A stretch of 64,000 nt of DNA from Halobacteriovoraceae bacterium (lineage in GTDB: Bacteria; Bdellovibrionota; Bacteriovoracia; Bacteriovoracales; Bacteriovoracaceae). The stretch lies in the NCBI GenBank assembly GCA_963719505.1, contig CAVRCF010000002.1, positions 96,001-160,000 on the forward strand, in the 5' to 3' direction. The translations under genes were made by a program, and so were the position numbers. Each line of letters begins with the position of its first letter. Positions within the stretch are counted from its first letter, which is position 1. Positions 40,023 to 50,620 of this stretch are shown here, one piece after another. Below the pieces are notes generated by a model. It was not told where the DNA came from, did not search any database, and saw nothing but the letters and a program-made list of their open reading frames with translations.

Positions 40023-41462
40023 ATGGGCCAAGAGATCGAGTCAAGTCAATTTGATTCTGAAGATTTAAAACTATTTAAAGAAAAGTTGAAGCAAGAGACA
40101 AAAGTTTTGAAGTCTTGGTTTGATGATTCTCGCTTTGAAAAAGAACAGGCCAAAATAGGTATTGAACTTGAAGGTTGGCTTCTCGATAAAGATTATCTAC
40201 CCGCAGCCATTGGAAATGAGTTTTTAGCTCATCTCAATAATCCTCAAGTCGTACCAGAAATTTCTACTTTTAATTTTGAAATAAATAGTTCTCCCTATCC
40301 TTTTAAAGGCGACTCAATCGATCTGCTAAAAAAGGAGATGGAGAGTATTTGGAAATCATGCTGTGAAAGTGCAGACGCCCTTGAGAGCATTCCAACATTC
40401 ATGGGGACCTTGGCCACTTTGAGACCTGATATGCTCTCGCTTGATTGTATCTCGTCAAACAAGCGCTATAAAGCGATGAATGATGAAGTGATGCGCTTTA
40501 GAAAACAAAAACCTGTGAGCATTCATTTAGAAGGCAAAGACGAGTTTAGAATCGAGATGGATTCTGTTATCACTGAATGCGCGGCAACGAGTTTACAGAT
40601 TCACCTGGGTGTTTCTCAAAAAGAGGCCAAAAGGTATTATAATGCATCTGTTATATCCTCTGCCTTTACAGTTGCCGTGTCGGCAAACTCACCTTACTTT
40701 TTTGGTAAAGAACTTTGGGATGAGTCTAGAATAGCGGCTTTTGAGCAATCAGTGGAGATGAAAAGCTACCTCGAAAATAAAAATGAATTCATCACAAGAG
40801 TGACCTTAGGAGCGGATTACGTTAAAGAATCTTTGTTTGAACTCTTTGAAGAAAATGAGAAAGATTATCTTGTTTTATTACCAGAGGTTCACCCAGAACT
40901 GGAAGCTGAAGAATTTGCTCATCTTAAACTTCACAATGGAACCATTTGGCGCTGGACAAGACCAATTATTGGAGAAAGTGGAGAGGGAAAGAAACATTTA
41001 AGAATTGAGCAGAGAACCCCAAGTGCAGGACCCACGATTGTAGACTCTATCGCAAATAGTGTTTTCTTTTTAGGTTTATGTGACTATTTAGCTCAGATGG
41101 AAACACCTCCTGAAGACTTACTTTCTTTTAAAGATAATAAAGAGAATTTTTACACTGCCGCAAAGCAAAGCATGTATTGCCGTGTTACCTGGTTGGATGG
41201 AGAAAAGCACGATATTGTAAAACTCATTCAAAGTGATCTTCTTCCCGGAATTAAGACCTGTCTGCTCAAGCGTGGAGTTGCTAAAAAAGACATAGACTAT
41301 TATATTGGAGAGATCATTCAAGGGCGACTTGATAAAGGTATCAATGGTGCTAGATGGCAAAAAGCTTGGATTCATCACCATGGAAAGAAATTTCAAGAGC
41401 TCATGGAAGTCTATATTAAAAATCAAAAAAGTGGACAACCGGTTCATACTTGGAGCATTTAA
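40023..41462 (+). CDS. Glutamate-cysteine ligase family 2 (GCS2) carboxylate-amine ligase
   Basis: IGIELE, PEISTFNFE, TSLQIHL, SANSPYFFGK.LWDESR, HNGTIWRWTRP, HLRIEQR. Confidence 0.88.
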   Translation: MGQEIESSQFDSEDLKLFKEKLKQETKVLKSWFDDSRFEKEQAKIGIELEGWLLDKDYLPAAIGNEFLAHLNNPQVVPEISTFNFEINSSPYPFKGDSIDLLKKEMESIWKSCCESADALESIPTFMGTLATLRPDMLSLDCISSNKRYKAMNDEVMRFRKQKPVSIHLEGKDEFRIEMDSVITECAATSLQIHLGVSQKEAKRYYNASVISSAFTVAVSANSPYFFGKELWDESRIAAFEQSVEMKSYLENKNEFITRVTLGADYVKESLFELFEENEKDYLVLLPEVHPELEAEEFAHLKLHNGTIWRWTRPIIGESGEGKKHLRIEQRTPSAGPTIVDSIANSVFFLGLCDYLAQMETPPEDLLSFKDNKENFYTAAKQSMYCRVTWLDGEKHDIVKLIQSDLLPGIKTCLLKRGVAKKDIDYYIGEIIQGRLDKGINGARWQKAWIHHHGKKFQELMEVYIKNQKSGQPVHTWSI

Positions 41463-42469
41463 TGCAGTTAAAAGTTATTGAAACGATTCCAAATGAGCTT
41501 CTTAAGTGCGAGGCTCAGGATATCCACCGCATTTTAGGTGGGCCAACGATCATTCATCTCAAAGGTGATAAACCCAGTGCCGTGTTTGTCAGTTGTCTTT
41601 TACACGGGAATGAAGTGACTGGCTTTTATACTGTTCAAAGATTGTTGCAGTCTCTGGTTGATCGGAAAGCTCAAAGAGATATTATATTATTTTTTGGAAA
41701 TACTTTAGCCGCTCAAACGGGTGAGAGGCATTTATTTAATCAGCCCGATTATAATAGGATCTGGCAAGAGGGAGACCTTCCAGAAAATAAATTGGCGATG
41801 GATGTTTTAGATTACGTCAAAGATAAAAATCTTTTTGCCTGTTTAGATATTCATAACAACTCGGGAAAAAACCCTTATTATGGTTGTGTTAATTACGTTG
41901 AAAAGAACTGGATTCAATTGGCAGGCTTATTTTCTAAAAAAATTGTCTATTTTACTGAGCCCTCTGAGGTTCTTTCAAATTCATTTTCAAATTTTTGTCC
42001 CTCGGTGACAATTGAAGCGGGTCTTCCTGGAAAAGAGGAAGGTATTAAGACTGTATTGGCCTACCTTAAAGATGTCATCAACCTTGAGTCTTTCGATGAG
42101 AACTTTGATCCTCTATCGGTTGACGTTTTTCATACTATCGGACGCATTATGGTTGAACCAACTTGTAGTGTGGATTTTGATAATAAAAAAGACTCACAAA
42201 GTGATCTATCCCTTGCCTCAGATATCGATGAAAATAACTTTGAAGTCGTTCCAAAATCAACTCATTTTGGCTACGCTAAAAACTTAGACTTTGTGAAAGC
42301 TATTAATAATAAAGATGAGACGATTACAGAAGATATTTTTTGCCTCAAAGAGGGGAGTCTTCAATCAAATAGAATCTTTATTCCGGCCATGTTCACCAAG
42401 GATATTTTTATTATGAAAGAAGATTGTATGGGGTACATTATGGAAAAGGTGATACCCCTTAAAATTTAG
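41462..42469 (+). CDS. M14-like succinylglutamate desuccinylase/aspartoacylase family peptidase
   Basis: LHGNE, DYNRIW, LDIHNN, TIEAG; ATG 41462 overlaps the GCS2 stop. Confidence 0.88.
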   Translation: MQLKVIETIPNELLKCEAQDIHRILGGPTIIHLKGDKPSAVFVSCLLHGNEVTGFYTVQRLLQSLVDRKAQRDIILFFGNTLAAQTGERHLFNQPDYNRIWQEGDLPENKLAMDVLDYVKDKNLFACLDIHNNSGKNPYYGCVNYVEKNWIQLAGLFSKKIVYFTEPSEVLSNSFSNFCPSVTIEAGLPGKEEGIKTVLAYLKDVINLESFDENFDPLSVDVFHTIGRIMVEPTCSVDFDNKKDSQSDLSLASDIDENNFEVVPKSTHFGYAKNLDFVKAINNKDETITEDIFCLKEGSLQSNRIFIPAMFTKDIFIMKEDCMGYIMEKVIPLKI

Positions 42470-43314
42470 TCGTTGAGCTGATTGAGAACTTCAGGCTTTA
42501 ACTTTAATTTTTCCTCCAAGACATACAAAACTGTCTCCATCGGAAGGCCCACATTATAAGCTTGCTCACCCTCTAGTATACGACTTTGTTGGGTCGCAAT
42601 TCCAATAACATTATTATCGTCATCTAAAATAGGTCCACCAGAATTTCCACCAAATAATGGAGCGTAGAAAAGAAACTGAGGAAGAAGGGAGCTTACTCGT
42701 CCTCTAGCTAATGTACCAATTCCAGTAGAAGAATGAATACCAAACCCTAAAGGATTTCCTATAACCATCGTTCTCATATCTTTGTCGTACTTTCGATTTT
42801 TATAAAGCTTAAGCGGAGTTTCTTTAGTTAAGCTATACCCTTTTTTATGATCCTTCATCTCAATCAAACAAAAGTCTAAAGATTTTGAGCAGTAATGAAC
42901 TTTCTCACACTTTAGCTTCTTTCCCTTTTGCTTGTCATTTAGTCTTATCGAGAAGCTCTTGCACTGGGTGGTATTTTTTCGAGAGGGAGAAAGAACGTGT
43001 TGGTTGGTTAAGATAAGATTTCCACCGACGTAAAAAGCTGTTCCATGTCCTCCTGTATCACCTGGGCTGGCCCTGAAAACAGATTGTGAAAGTTTATGAG
43101 CTCTTCTAAAAACGGACTCTGGAACCTCAAAGGAGCGGGCATTTTCGCTATAGTTTTCAGTTGATGAGTTGTACTTTAATCCTGAAACCTTTGCCATCGA
43201 GTCTTTGATTCGGACCATCGATGAGGATTCAAACTGGTGGTATTCAACTTTGGAGGGATTGATACTAAAACCAAAAACCACATTTGCTAATAGGAAAAGA
43301 ATAATAATTTTCAT
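42466..43314 (-). CDS. Secreted trypsin-like (S1) serine protease
   Basis: LTNQHV, LDFCLI and GGNSGGP catalytic-triad motifs; signal peptide. Confidence 0.9.
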   Translation of the reverse strand: MKIIILFLLANVVFGFSINPSKVEYHQFESSSMVRIKDSMAKVSGLKYNSSTENYSENARSFEVPESVFRRAHKLSQSVFRASPGDTGGHGTAFYVGGNLILTNQHVLSPSRKNTTQCKSFSIRLNDKQKGKKLKCEKVHYCSKSLDFCLIEMKDHKKGYSLTKETPLKLYKNRKYDKDMRTMVIGNPLGFGIHSSTGIGTLARGRVSSLLPQFLFYAPLFGGNSGGPILDDDNNVIGIATQQSRILEGEQAYNVGLPMETVLYVLEEKLKLKPEVLNQLND

Positions 43315-43404
43315 CTTTTAAGTCTAACCCAGACTTGGGATGAGATTTAATGATTTGAAAAATTTTCATTGGTGAACGGATTATTGACAGCTTATCCAAC
43401 AACC

Positions 43405-44076
43405 TCAAAGATGGATCAGGGCGATCTTATTGTCTTTGCAGTGAATAGAGTGATTCCAGGGTTTTAGCTTGCTTCTCAGGTTGGCTAGATGAACACGTAG
43501 ATTATTGTCGGAGACAATTTCCTGATAATAGGCAAAGTCTTTTAAGTCCTGTTTGTCTACTTGGTAGATGCCTGATTTTGCCAAAAACATTAAAATTTTG
43601 TATTCCGTTAAAGTCAGTTGAACCTCTTCAGAATTAATAAAAACCTGAAATGTTGAGAAATTTGCTTTAAGGTTTCCTATCGTTGCAACTTGGCTCTCTT
43701 TTGAAAAGCTTTTGATGCCCTTTGAGATCCTTAGAGAGAGCTCATCGATATCCATCGATTTATAGAGATAGTCCGAGATACTCTCTCCCAAGCCCCTAAG
43801 CGTCGTCATTTTCGACTCGTCTGAAGAGAAAAAGAAAAGCGCTATATTATCTCCCGTTGGGTGACGTTTAATTTTCTTTATGACTTCAAACCCATCCATT
43901 AGAGGCATATGAATATCGATTAAAGCGGCATCAAAAATGGTCTTAGATAGAAGGGGAAAGATTGAGTCCGGGTCACTAATAGTGATAATATTAAATTGAT
44001 CCCCCAGAACTTCTGAATAAAGGTCTAAATTGTCATGATCATCGTCTATATAGAGAATTGTGGGGTTACCATTCAT
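43405..44076 (-). CDS. OmpR-family response regulator
   Basis: YIDDD, LIDIHMPLMDGF, LTLTEYKIL, LRVHLANLRSKL. Confidence 0.92.
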   Translation of the reverse strand: MNGNPTILYIDDDHDNLDLYSEVLGDQFNIITISDPDSIFPLLSKTIFDAALIDIHMPLMDGFEVIKKIKRHPTGDNIALFFFSSDESKMTTLRGLGESISDYLYKSMDIDELSLRISKGIKSFSKESQVATIGNLKANFSTFQVFINSEEVQLTLTEYKILMFLAKSGIYQVDKQDLKDFAYYQEIVSDNNLRVHLANLRSKLKPWNHSIHCKDNKIALIHL

Positions 44077-44113
44077 CCGTTAAAATTACAATTGATCCAA
44101 AAAACTGTAAAGG

Positions 44114-45277
44114 TTAAAAATAGATGGCCATATTTCGGGGAGAAATTTTCTTATCAAAAATTTGAATAATCTTGGCACTCTTACCATTTTCTCTTAAATA
44201 CAAGACTCTATCCACAATAAGATAAGCCTCAATAACCCGAGCCAGGAGCGCTCTGAGGCTTCCAGCACTTATGATTAAGTCTATCTTGGGCAAGATCTCT
44301 GCGTAGAAAGCTTCAATTTCCTCAGTGGTTAGAGAGCTGGTTTGTGGTGCAAACTTTAGACAATAAGTCGAAAATGAGCCTTTATAATCAGATGTCTTAG
44401 CATTTCCCAGTGTTGTAAAGGATTGATCAAAGGATTCTAAGAGAAGAAAATGAAGAGCATATCTGTATCTTTTTACCCTTTGCTTATTTCGAAAGGATTT
44501 CTGCGTCTGCCAAGTTGATCCTTTCGCTGCACAAGTAAGAGCATGATTTGAAAGAACAAGGGGATGATCTTGTGCCAATTGGGAGATATTATATTCATCA
44601 ACGAGCTTATGGTAGCAACATCCAAGATTTAAAAGATGCGTGGGCTTTGCTTTGACAAGTGTGGTTGAAAGTGGTCCACAGCAGTGAAGACCCAAGAGCA
44701 TGCCTTGCTCATCTGGCATAATAATATCAGAAATCGTTTGGATCTTTTTATGAACAAATTGAATTTTATCTTCCAGCTGAGGTGCCCATCTAGCAATTTT
44801 TCGAGAACCAATTAATTGGTAAGCTTGGTTTTCATCCATACAAATTGAGGTTCTTTTATCATCGACAAGTGCGCTTGAGAGATGACCGGCACCACTTCCT
44901 ATGTCGACAAAGTGGTTGAGATCTTGGTCTTTGAGAAAGGCTTTTATTTGAGAGATTTCATGTCTTTTTTTCTCGGACATTTTTCTTGTGAGCTCTCCTG
45001 AAATCAGCTCCGTTGACCCCTCATAAAAATCAAAGTCTATGAGAGATTTCACTTCTTCAATAAAGTCTAAAAGCCCATCGCAGTTCATCTTTTTTGTACA
45101 ATAAGTATTTTCTATAGTGAGAAGATCATCGACGCTAAAGGTGGACAGATGTTGAATCCATTGATCGTAGGGGGCTGGAATTTTTGACTCAAATCGAGTC
45201 AGCATCTCTTGATCTACTAAGTAGTCGTGCTTTTTAAGAAAGCTTTTAATTTTAAGGAATCTCTTTTCATAGTTCAC
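44114..45277 (-). CDS. SAM-dependent methyltransferase (Methyltransf_32 / RRNAD1-like)
   Basis: KKRHEI, VDIGSGAGHLS, GLHCCGPL, GCCYH, FDKKISPRN. Confidence 0.85.
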   Translation of the reverse strand: MNYEKRFLKIKSFLKKHDYLVDQEMLTRFESKIPAPYDQWIQHLSTFSVDDLLTIENTYCTKKMNCDGLLDFIEEVKSLIDFDFYEGSTELISGELTRKMSEKKRHEISQIKAFLKDQDLNHFVDIGSGAGHLSSALVDDKRTSICMDENQAYQLIGSRKIARWAPQLEDKIQFVHKKIQTISDIIMPDEQGMLLGLHCCGPLSTTLVKAKPTHLLNLGCCYHKLVDEYNISQLAQDHPLVLSNHALTCAAKGSTWQTQKSFRNKQRVKRYRYALHFLLLESFDQSFTTLGNAKTSDYKGSFSTYCLKFAPQTSSLTTEEIEAFYAEILPKIDLIISAGSLRALLARVIEAYLIVDRVLYLRENGKSAKIIQIFDKKISPRNMAIYF

Positions 45278-45300
45278 AGACGCATTATATACTAATTTTT

Positions 45301-46545
45301 ATGAAGATTGCACTCATTGGTCTTGGAAGAAGTGGACTGTCTGTTTATCGTTATCTAAAAGCAAAGTCTGATTGCACGATCTACTTAGTTAATTCTGGAG
45401 AACCCGATTCTTGGGCGTGTAGCGACGAGGTTGTAGATGATCTTGAGAGGGCCTTTAGCGATAATGCCGCTATTATGGAACTTGGGGAGATGGACCAAGT
45501 TGTTTTGAGTCCAGGTATTCCAAGAGACCACCTATGTTTGACCTACGCTATTGAAAATAATATCCCCATTATCTCAGAGATTGAGTTCGCCTATATTCAT
45601 TCGGATATTCCTGTTGTCGGTATCACTGGCACCAATGGAAAGACAACCACCACCACCATGATCGGGGAGATTCTTAGCATAATTGGTTTCTCTGCTTTTA
45701 TTGGGGGAAATATTGGAATACCTTATTCAGATCTTCTTTTAGAAAAGAAAAAATATGATATTGCCGTTATTGAACTTTCAAGTTTTCAACTGGAGAGTAT
45801 TAAAACATTTAGACCCCAAATTTCTCTCTTATTAAATATTTCAGATAATCATACAGAAAGGTACAGCGCCTTCGACGATTATAAAAAAGCCAAAGAGCGA
45901 ATTTTTCTTAATCAAAAAAGTGATGATGTCGCTATCGTTAATACTGTTGAGAAGAGGAAACCCAGAGAAATAAAAATCGAACCCCTCACAGGCTTTGATT
46001 TTTCTAAATCTAAACTGGTTGGATTCCATAATAAACTCAACTTCTTTTGTGCCTATACTGTGGCCAGTATATTAGCGAAAAGAGATATCACGAAAGAGTT
46101 TCAAGAATTTATCAACGAATTTACAGGCGTGAGTTTTAGACTCCAGTTTATTTGTGAGAAAAAAGGACTCCTTTTTTATAATGATGCTAAAAGCACAAAC
46201 ACTGATGCGACCTTGAGTGCGGTCAATGCCTTTAAAGATAAGGGAGAGTTAAGTGTCATCATAGGAGGGAAACTTCGAGATAAAAAGATATCAATTCAAA
46301 AAGATATTGATTTTTCTCTTTTTAAAAATGTGTATCTTCTAGGAGAGGCGAGAACTCTTTTAGATGAAAAAATAAAATCTAAAAATAAAAAATCCTTTGA
46401 GACTCTGGAGATGGTGTTTGAAGATTTGAAAAAGAATAAAGAAGAAGGAATCGTTGTTTTTTCTCCAGGCTTTCCCTCTTTTGATCAGTACAAAAACTAT
46501 GAACATAGAGGGCAGCATTTTAATAAGCTTTGTGACTCTTATTAA
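45301..46545 (+). CDS. murD: UDP-N-acetylmuramoyl-L-alanine--D-glutamate ligase
   Basis: GLGRSG, LSPGIP, GITGTNGKTTTT, ELSSFQL, YNDAKSTN, SFDQYKNYEHRG. Confidence 0.95.
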   Translation: MKIALIGLGRSGLSVYRYLKAKSDCTIYLVNSGEPDSWACSDEVVDDLERAFSDNAAIMELGEMDQVVLSPGIPRDHLCLTYAIENNIPIISEIEFAYIHSDIPVVGITGTNGKTTTTTMIGEILSIIGFSAFIGGNIGIPYSDLLLEKKKYDIAVIELSSFQLESIKTFRPQISLLLNISDNHTERYSAFDDYKKAKERIFLNQKSDDVAIVNTVEKRKPREIKIEPLTGFDFSKSKLVGFHNKLNFFCAYTVASILAKRDITKEFQEFINEFTGVSFRLQFICEKKGLLFYNDAKSTNTDATLSAVNAFKDKGELSVIIGGKLRDKKISIQKDIDFSLFKNVYLLGEARTLLDEKIKSKNKKSFETLEMVFEDLKKNKEEGIVVFSPGFPSFDQYKNYEHRGQHFNKLCDSY

Positions 46546-47681
46546 AGAGATTGATTTATTATGGGCATGACCTTTTCAATATCACTTTTATCCAGGTACA
46601 TTCCAAAGCCAAAACGCAGCCGATTATTCCTATAATCAGTGAGAATATTATTATCCTCTAGAGTTTTGTGTAGGCTCTTTGCTGCATCAGCATTTTCAAG
46701 CTCAAGAGTTAAAAAATGTCCCATCTGCTTAAGGTTTGAAGCCAAGAGTAACTCTTTGTGTTCAAAGTTATCCATGAACAATTGCATAAGAGATTTTATA
46801 TACTGGTCAATCTTTTTCACGTTTAAATTTTCTTGCTGAAAAAGATCCCAAACAAAGTTAAAGCGATACCAAGGAGTGAGGTCTTGAGTTGCTCCCCAAA
46901 AAGCCATTCCATCTTCTGAGTAGTGAACGTGGTCAGTTTGTTTTTCAAGGGTTTCAAAGCTTGCAAACCATCCCGTGAGAACGGGTCTGAGGTTGTACTT
47001 TTTAGGAATTGTCATAAAGCACGCGCCTTCACCGGCTTGAGCGTATTTATAACCACCAGAGATGTAGAAGACATCCTCTTCGATGGAGCTTAGATCCGTT
47101 TCAATGGCACAAAAACCATGATAACCATCCAGACAAAAGAGAGTCTCATCACTTTTTATTTTGATAATTTTTTCAATAAAAGACAAGTCGAGAACTTTTC
47201 CGGAATTGTAAAAGACATGACTTATAAAGATAAGATTCGCTTTGGGAATAGACTCTAGAAATTCGTTTTCAAAATTATCAGCTTCGTTATCAATAATGAT
47301 GGCCTTGACTTTTTTTGTTTCCAACAGCCTCTTTAACTGGCGACTCATGGAATGAAATTCTGAACTTGTCGTTAATATTGTCAAAGCCTCTTTTTCTAAA
47401 AAGACCGATAGCAGTCGGCAAATAAGCTCGTGAGTATTTGGTGCAAAGGCGATTTGAGAGGGAGTTGAATAATTTAATATTTTAGCAATATGATTCTGAG
47501 CTTTGGGAACAACAGTGGAGAAAAGGTGACCCCATTTTTTGTCTGTATACTTCGCCGTATCTTCCCAAGACTTCACCACAGCATCTTTCGTTACATCAGG
47601 CCAATAGTGGTGACTGTGGGCACTTAGGTGGACTGATTTTTCATTGAGCTTTAAAAATTCTTTATAAAAGTGTTTGTACAT
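46542..47681 (-). CDS. Kynureninase-like PLP-dependent class V enzyme
   Basis: AHSHH, SHVFYNSG, LDGYH, GGYKYAQAGEG, GWFA; directly downstream of kynA. Confidence 0.75.
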   Translation of the reverse strand: MYKHFYKEFLKLNEKSVHLSAHSHHYWPDVTKDAVVKSWEDTAKYTDKKWGHLFSTVVPKAQNHIAKILNYSTPSQIAFAPNTHELICRLLSVFLEKEALTILTTSSEFHSMSRQLKRLLETKKVKAIIIDNEADNFENEFLESIPKANLIFISHVFYNSGKVLDLSFIEKIIKIKSDETLFCLDGYHGFCAIETDLSSIEEDVFYISGGYKYAQAGEGACFMTIPKKYNLRPVLTGWFASFETLEKQTDHVHYSEDGMAFWGATQDLTPWYRFNFVWDLFQQENLNVKKIDQYIKSLMQLFMDNFEHKELLLASNLKQMGHFLTLELENADAAKSLHKTLEDNNILTDYRNNRLRFGFGMYLDKSDIEKVMPIINQSL

Positions 47682-48767
47682 TTAAACCTCAAAGACAAAA
47701 CCAAGTTCTCTTCGAATTTCTTCAGGAAGATCTGGTATTTTTTGTTCCGGTATTAGGAAAGTGGCAAGATCAAAAAGGTCAGTAAAGATTCGATTATTAT
47801 CAGCTGCTTTTTTAAGATACTCATGTCCTGATGATCCACCTGTTCCAATTTTAGTTCCCAGTAGTCTATGGGCCATAATGGAGTGTTGGTAGCGCCATGT
47901 GGTAAACATCTCATCAATATCGATGAGATGATTCATCAATTGATAGGGCAATTGTAATATGGGCTCATTTCGAAAGAGATTGATAAAAATGGCAGAGAGC
48001 TTGGCTTCTCTGGTCATTCTCACACTTCCTTCATCGTAAAGTTTTTGATAAGCATCCTTGTCCAAAAGAGTGTGGTAATTCACTCTTGTGCTCTCAAGGT
48101 TTTTCATTTCAAACTCAAGTTCTCTAGGGTGGAGAGTAATATTTTGTTCAATAATTTTTCTATCATCATCAAGCATTCCGTTGACGGCTGACATATACTC
48201 TTGCCAAAAATCAAAGCCTTTCATATTGGCAAAAGGCATTCTTGACAGCCACTTATCCACAAGTTCAAAAAGCGTTGGCTCTTTCTCAAGGTTTTGCAAA
48301 AGCTCTCGATCTTCGGGTTTTAGTCTTGAATTAAAAAATTCTTTAGCCATTCCAATTCGATATTTTTCACGCAGGCCAAGTCTTAACTCGATAATACGAA
48401 ATTGAATGGACTGAAATCCTGAGGCAGGAGTGAGGTAATCTCTGAACTTCATAAAGTCCAAAGGAGTCATGGTCTCAATTATTTTGAGTTGATTATTAAG
48501 AACTCTTTGGATCTCGACGATCCTATTGAGTCTAAGGTTCACGGTGCTTAGGTCTGTGGGTTTTACTTTCTCATTATTAAAGATGGCATAGATGGAATCG
48601 ATTTCATGAATAATTTGTTTGAACCAAAGTTCATAGGCTTGGTGAATGATAATAAAAAGTGTCTCATCATGGGCCTCTGATCCGTGTTCTTTACTCTTTG
48701 GGTTTTGAGCTCCAAGGATCTTTTCAAGTTCTAGGTATTCGCCGTAATATATTGGTTTATGTTTCAT
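47682..48767 (-). CDS. kynA: Tryptophan 2,3-dioxygenase
   Basis: YGEYLEL, HDETLFIIIHQAYELWFKQ, PASGFQSIQFR, GTKIGTGGSSG. Confidence 0.96.
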   Translation of the reverse strand: MKHKPIYYGEYLELEKILGAQNPKSKEHGSEAHDETLFIIIHQAYELWFKQIIHEIDSIYAIFNNEKVKPTDLSTVNLRLNRIVEIQRVLNNQLKIIETMTPLDFMKFRDYLTPASGFQSIQFRIIELRLGLREKYRIGMAKEFFNSRLKPEDRELLQNLEKEPTLFELVDKWLSRMPFANMKGFDFWQEYMSAVNGMLDDDRKIIEQNITLHPRELEFEMKNLESTRVNYHTLLDKDAYQKLYDEGSVRMTREAKLSAIFINLFRNEPILQLPYQLMNHLIDIDEMFTTWRYQHSIMAHRLLGTKIGTGGSSGHEYLKKAADNNRIFTDLFDLATFLIPEQKIPDLPEEIRRELGFVFEV

Positions 48768-48865
48768 TAGATAATCTCCAGATGCTGCACTTATTAGATC
48801 GTCTTACTTTTAATTTGTCGAATTTTGCGGTATTTTAAAGTTAATTTGACGCAAAAGGATGCACC

Positions 48866-50618
48866 ATGGCAAGCTCATTCGAAATAGACAAGTCTACAGT
48901 TAAAAAAAATATTAACGCTCTTCAAAAGTTTATTCAAGATCAGAATCTAGAGGCTTTTTACATCTCTAGTTTCGATGAGTATCTCAATGAATATGTTCCC
49001 ATGGAAGACTGTCATCGTTTTTATATCACTGGTTTTTCAGGCTCCGTGGCAAGTGTGCTCGTTCCCAAGCAAGGCAAAGTAAAGTTATACGTGGATGGAA
49101 GATATCACGAGCAAGCCGATGACGAGGTGGATTTATCACTGGTTGAGGTTGTTAAGCTTAAGGGTTCTCAGGGGCTTTTTAATACGGTTATAGAAGATAT
49201 CAAAAAATTACAAATAAACTCCATAGGTATTGAGGGAGAGAGAACCAGTAGTAAGTTTTTTGAAGAACTTAGGCTCGCGACTAAAGTGACCTCTTTTAAC
49301 CAAAAAGAACTGTCAAATATTATTGATTTTAAAGAAATGCCAAAACTTAATCCCATCACTTTTGAAGCACGAGAAAACAGAGGACCAGACACGATTGAGA
49401 AGTTAAAAAGAGTTATTCATTCTCCAAGCGAAGCCTACTTCGTCACTGCGATAGACTCACTTGCTTGGATTACAAACTGTCGAGGATATCATCTTCCGTA
49501 TCTTTCAAGCTTTTTAGGAAGAGGCTTTGTCACTCATGATAAAGTGTATGTGTTCATCGATGAAAAAACTCCGGTCTCTAGTGAGGCGATGGAGATAGAG
49601 GGAGTTGAGTTCTTTAAGAGCGTCGACTTTGAAAATTGAAAACAGTCTCAAGTCAATCGCCAACAGCTATACTCTGACCAAAGTAAATTATGATCCTTCG
49701 ATGCTCAATTCATCAGACTATTTAATGCTTAAAAATGTTTTTTCAGGTTCTGTTCTTACGCAAAAACCTGGAGGCTTAGTTGAGTTTCAGGCCATAAAGG
49801 ATGAGGAAGAAATTGCTATCATGACTCGCAATTTTACCAAATCGGACAAGGCGATCTATAAGACAATAAAATGGACAAAAGATGCCGTCGCCTCAAAAAA
49901 GAAAATTTCAGAAAGAGATGTCTATGATCAAACGTCTTTGGAATATAAAAAACAAGGATCTGTGACACAAAGTTTTAATACCATCTCGGGTGTTGGACCA
50001 AACGGCTCCATTATGCATTACGGAAACCCAAAATCCGATCTTTTTATCAAAGAAAATGATATGATTCTTCTCGATAGTGGTGGATACTTTGCTGGTGGAT
50101 TTGCTACCGACACCACGAGGACATTTATGGCCAGTAGTGCGCAGCCTGATCCTGAATACAAAAGAATTTTTACTCTGGTACTAAAAGGAGTTTTGCAGTG
50201 TCAAAATGCAATTTTTCCAGAGGGAGTAACAGGGGCAACAGTTGATGCCTTTGCTAGAAAACCTCTTTTTGATGCTGGATTTAATTTCGCTCACGGCACC
50301 GGTCACGGTGTGGGAATTAATGTTCATGAAGGTGGGGCAAGGATTAGTCCTGTCACTGATATAGAAATGAAAGCGGGACAAGTTGTCTCTATTGAACCGG
50401 GAATTTACATCCCTGGTTTTGGAGGCGTAAGAATTGAAAATATTGCTGTGGTTGAAAAGCATCAAGACATTGAGGGCTTTCTTAGGTTTAGATCATTAGT
50501 CTATATTGGATACGAACCAACACTGATTGATGAGTCCCTTCTTACTGAGCAAGAAAAAAAGTGGTTAGATGATTATGAAAATGAATGTAGCAAACGCGCA
50601 ACAAGCTTTAGAGGTTAA
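48866..50618 (+). CDS. pepP: Xaa-Pro aminopeptidase (M24B), split by one frameshift near 49615
   Basis: N-part DEYLNEYVP..ITGFSGS..VDGRY; C-part LDSGG..TDTTRT, HGTGHGVG..VHEG, SIEPG.Y..GVRIEN. Confidence 0.88.
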
Positions 50619-50620
50619 AA

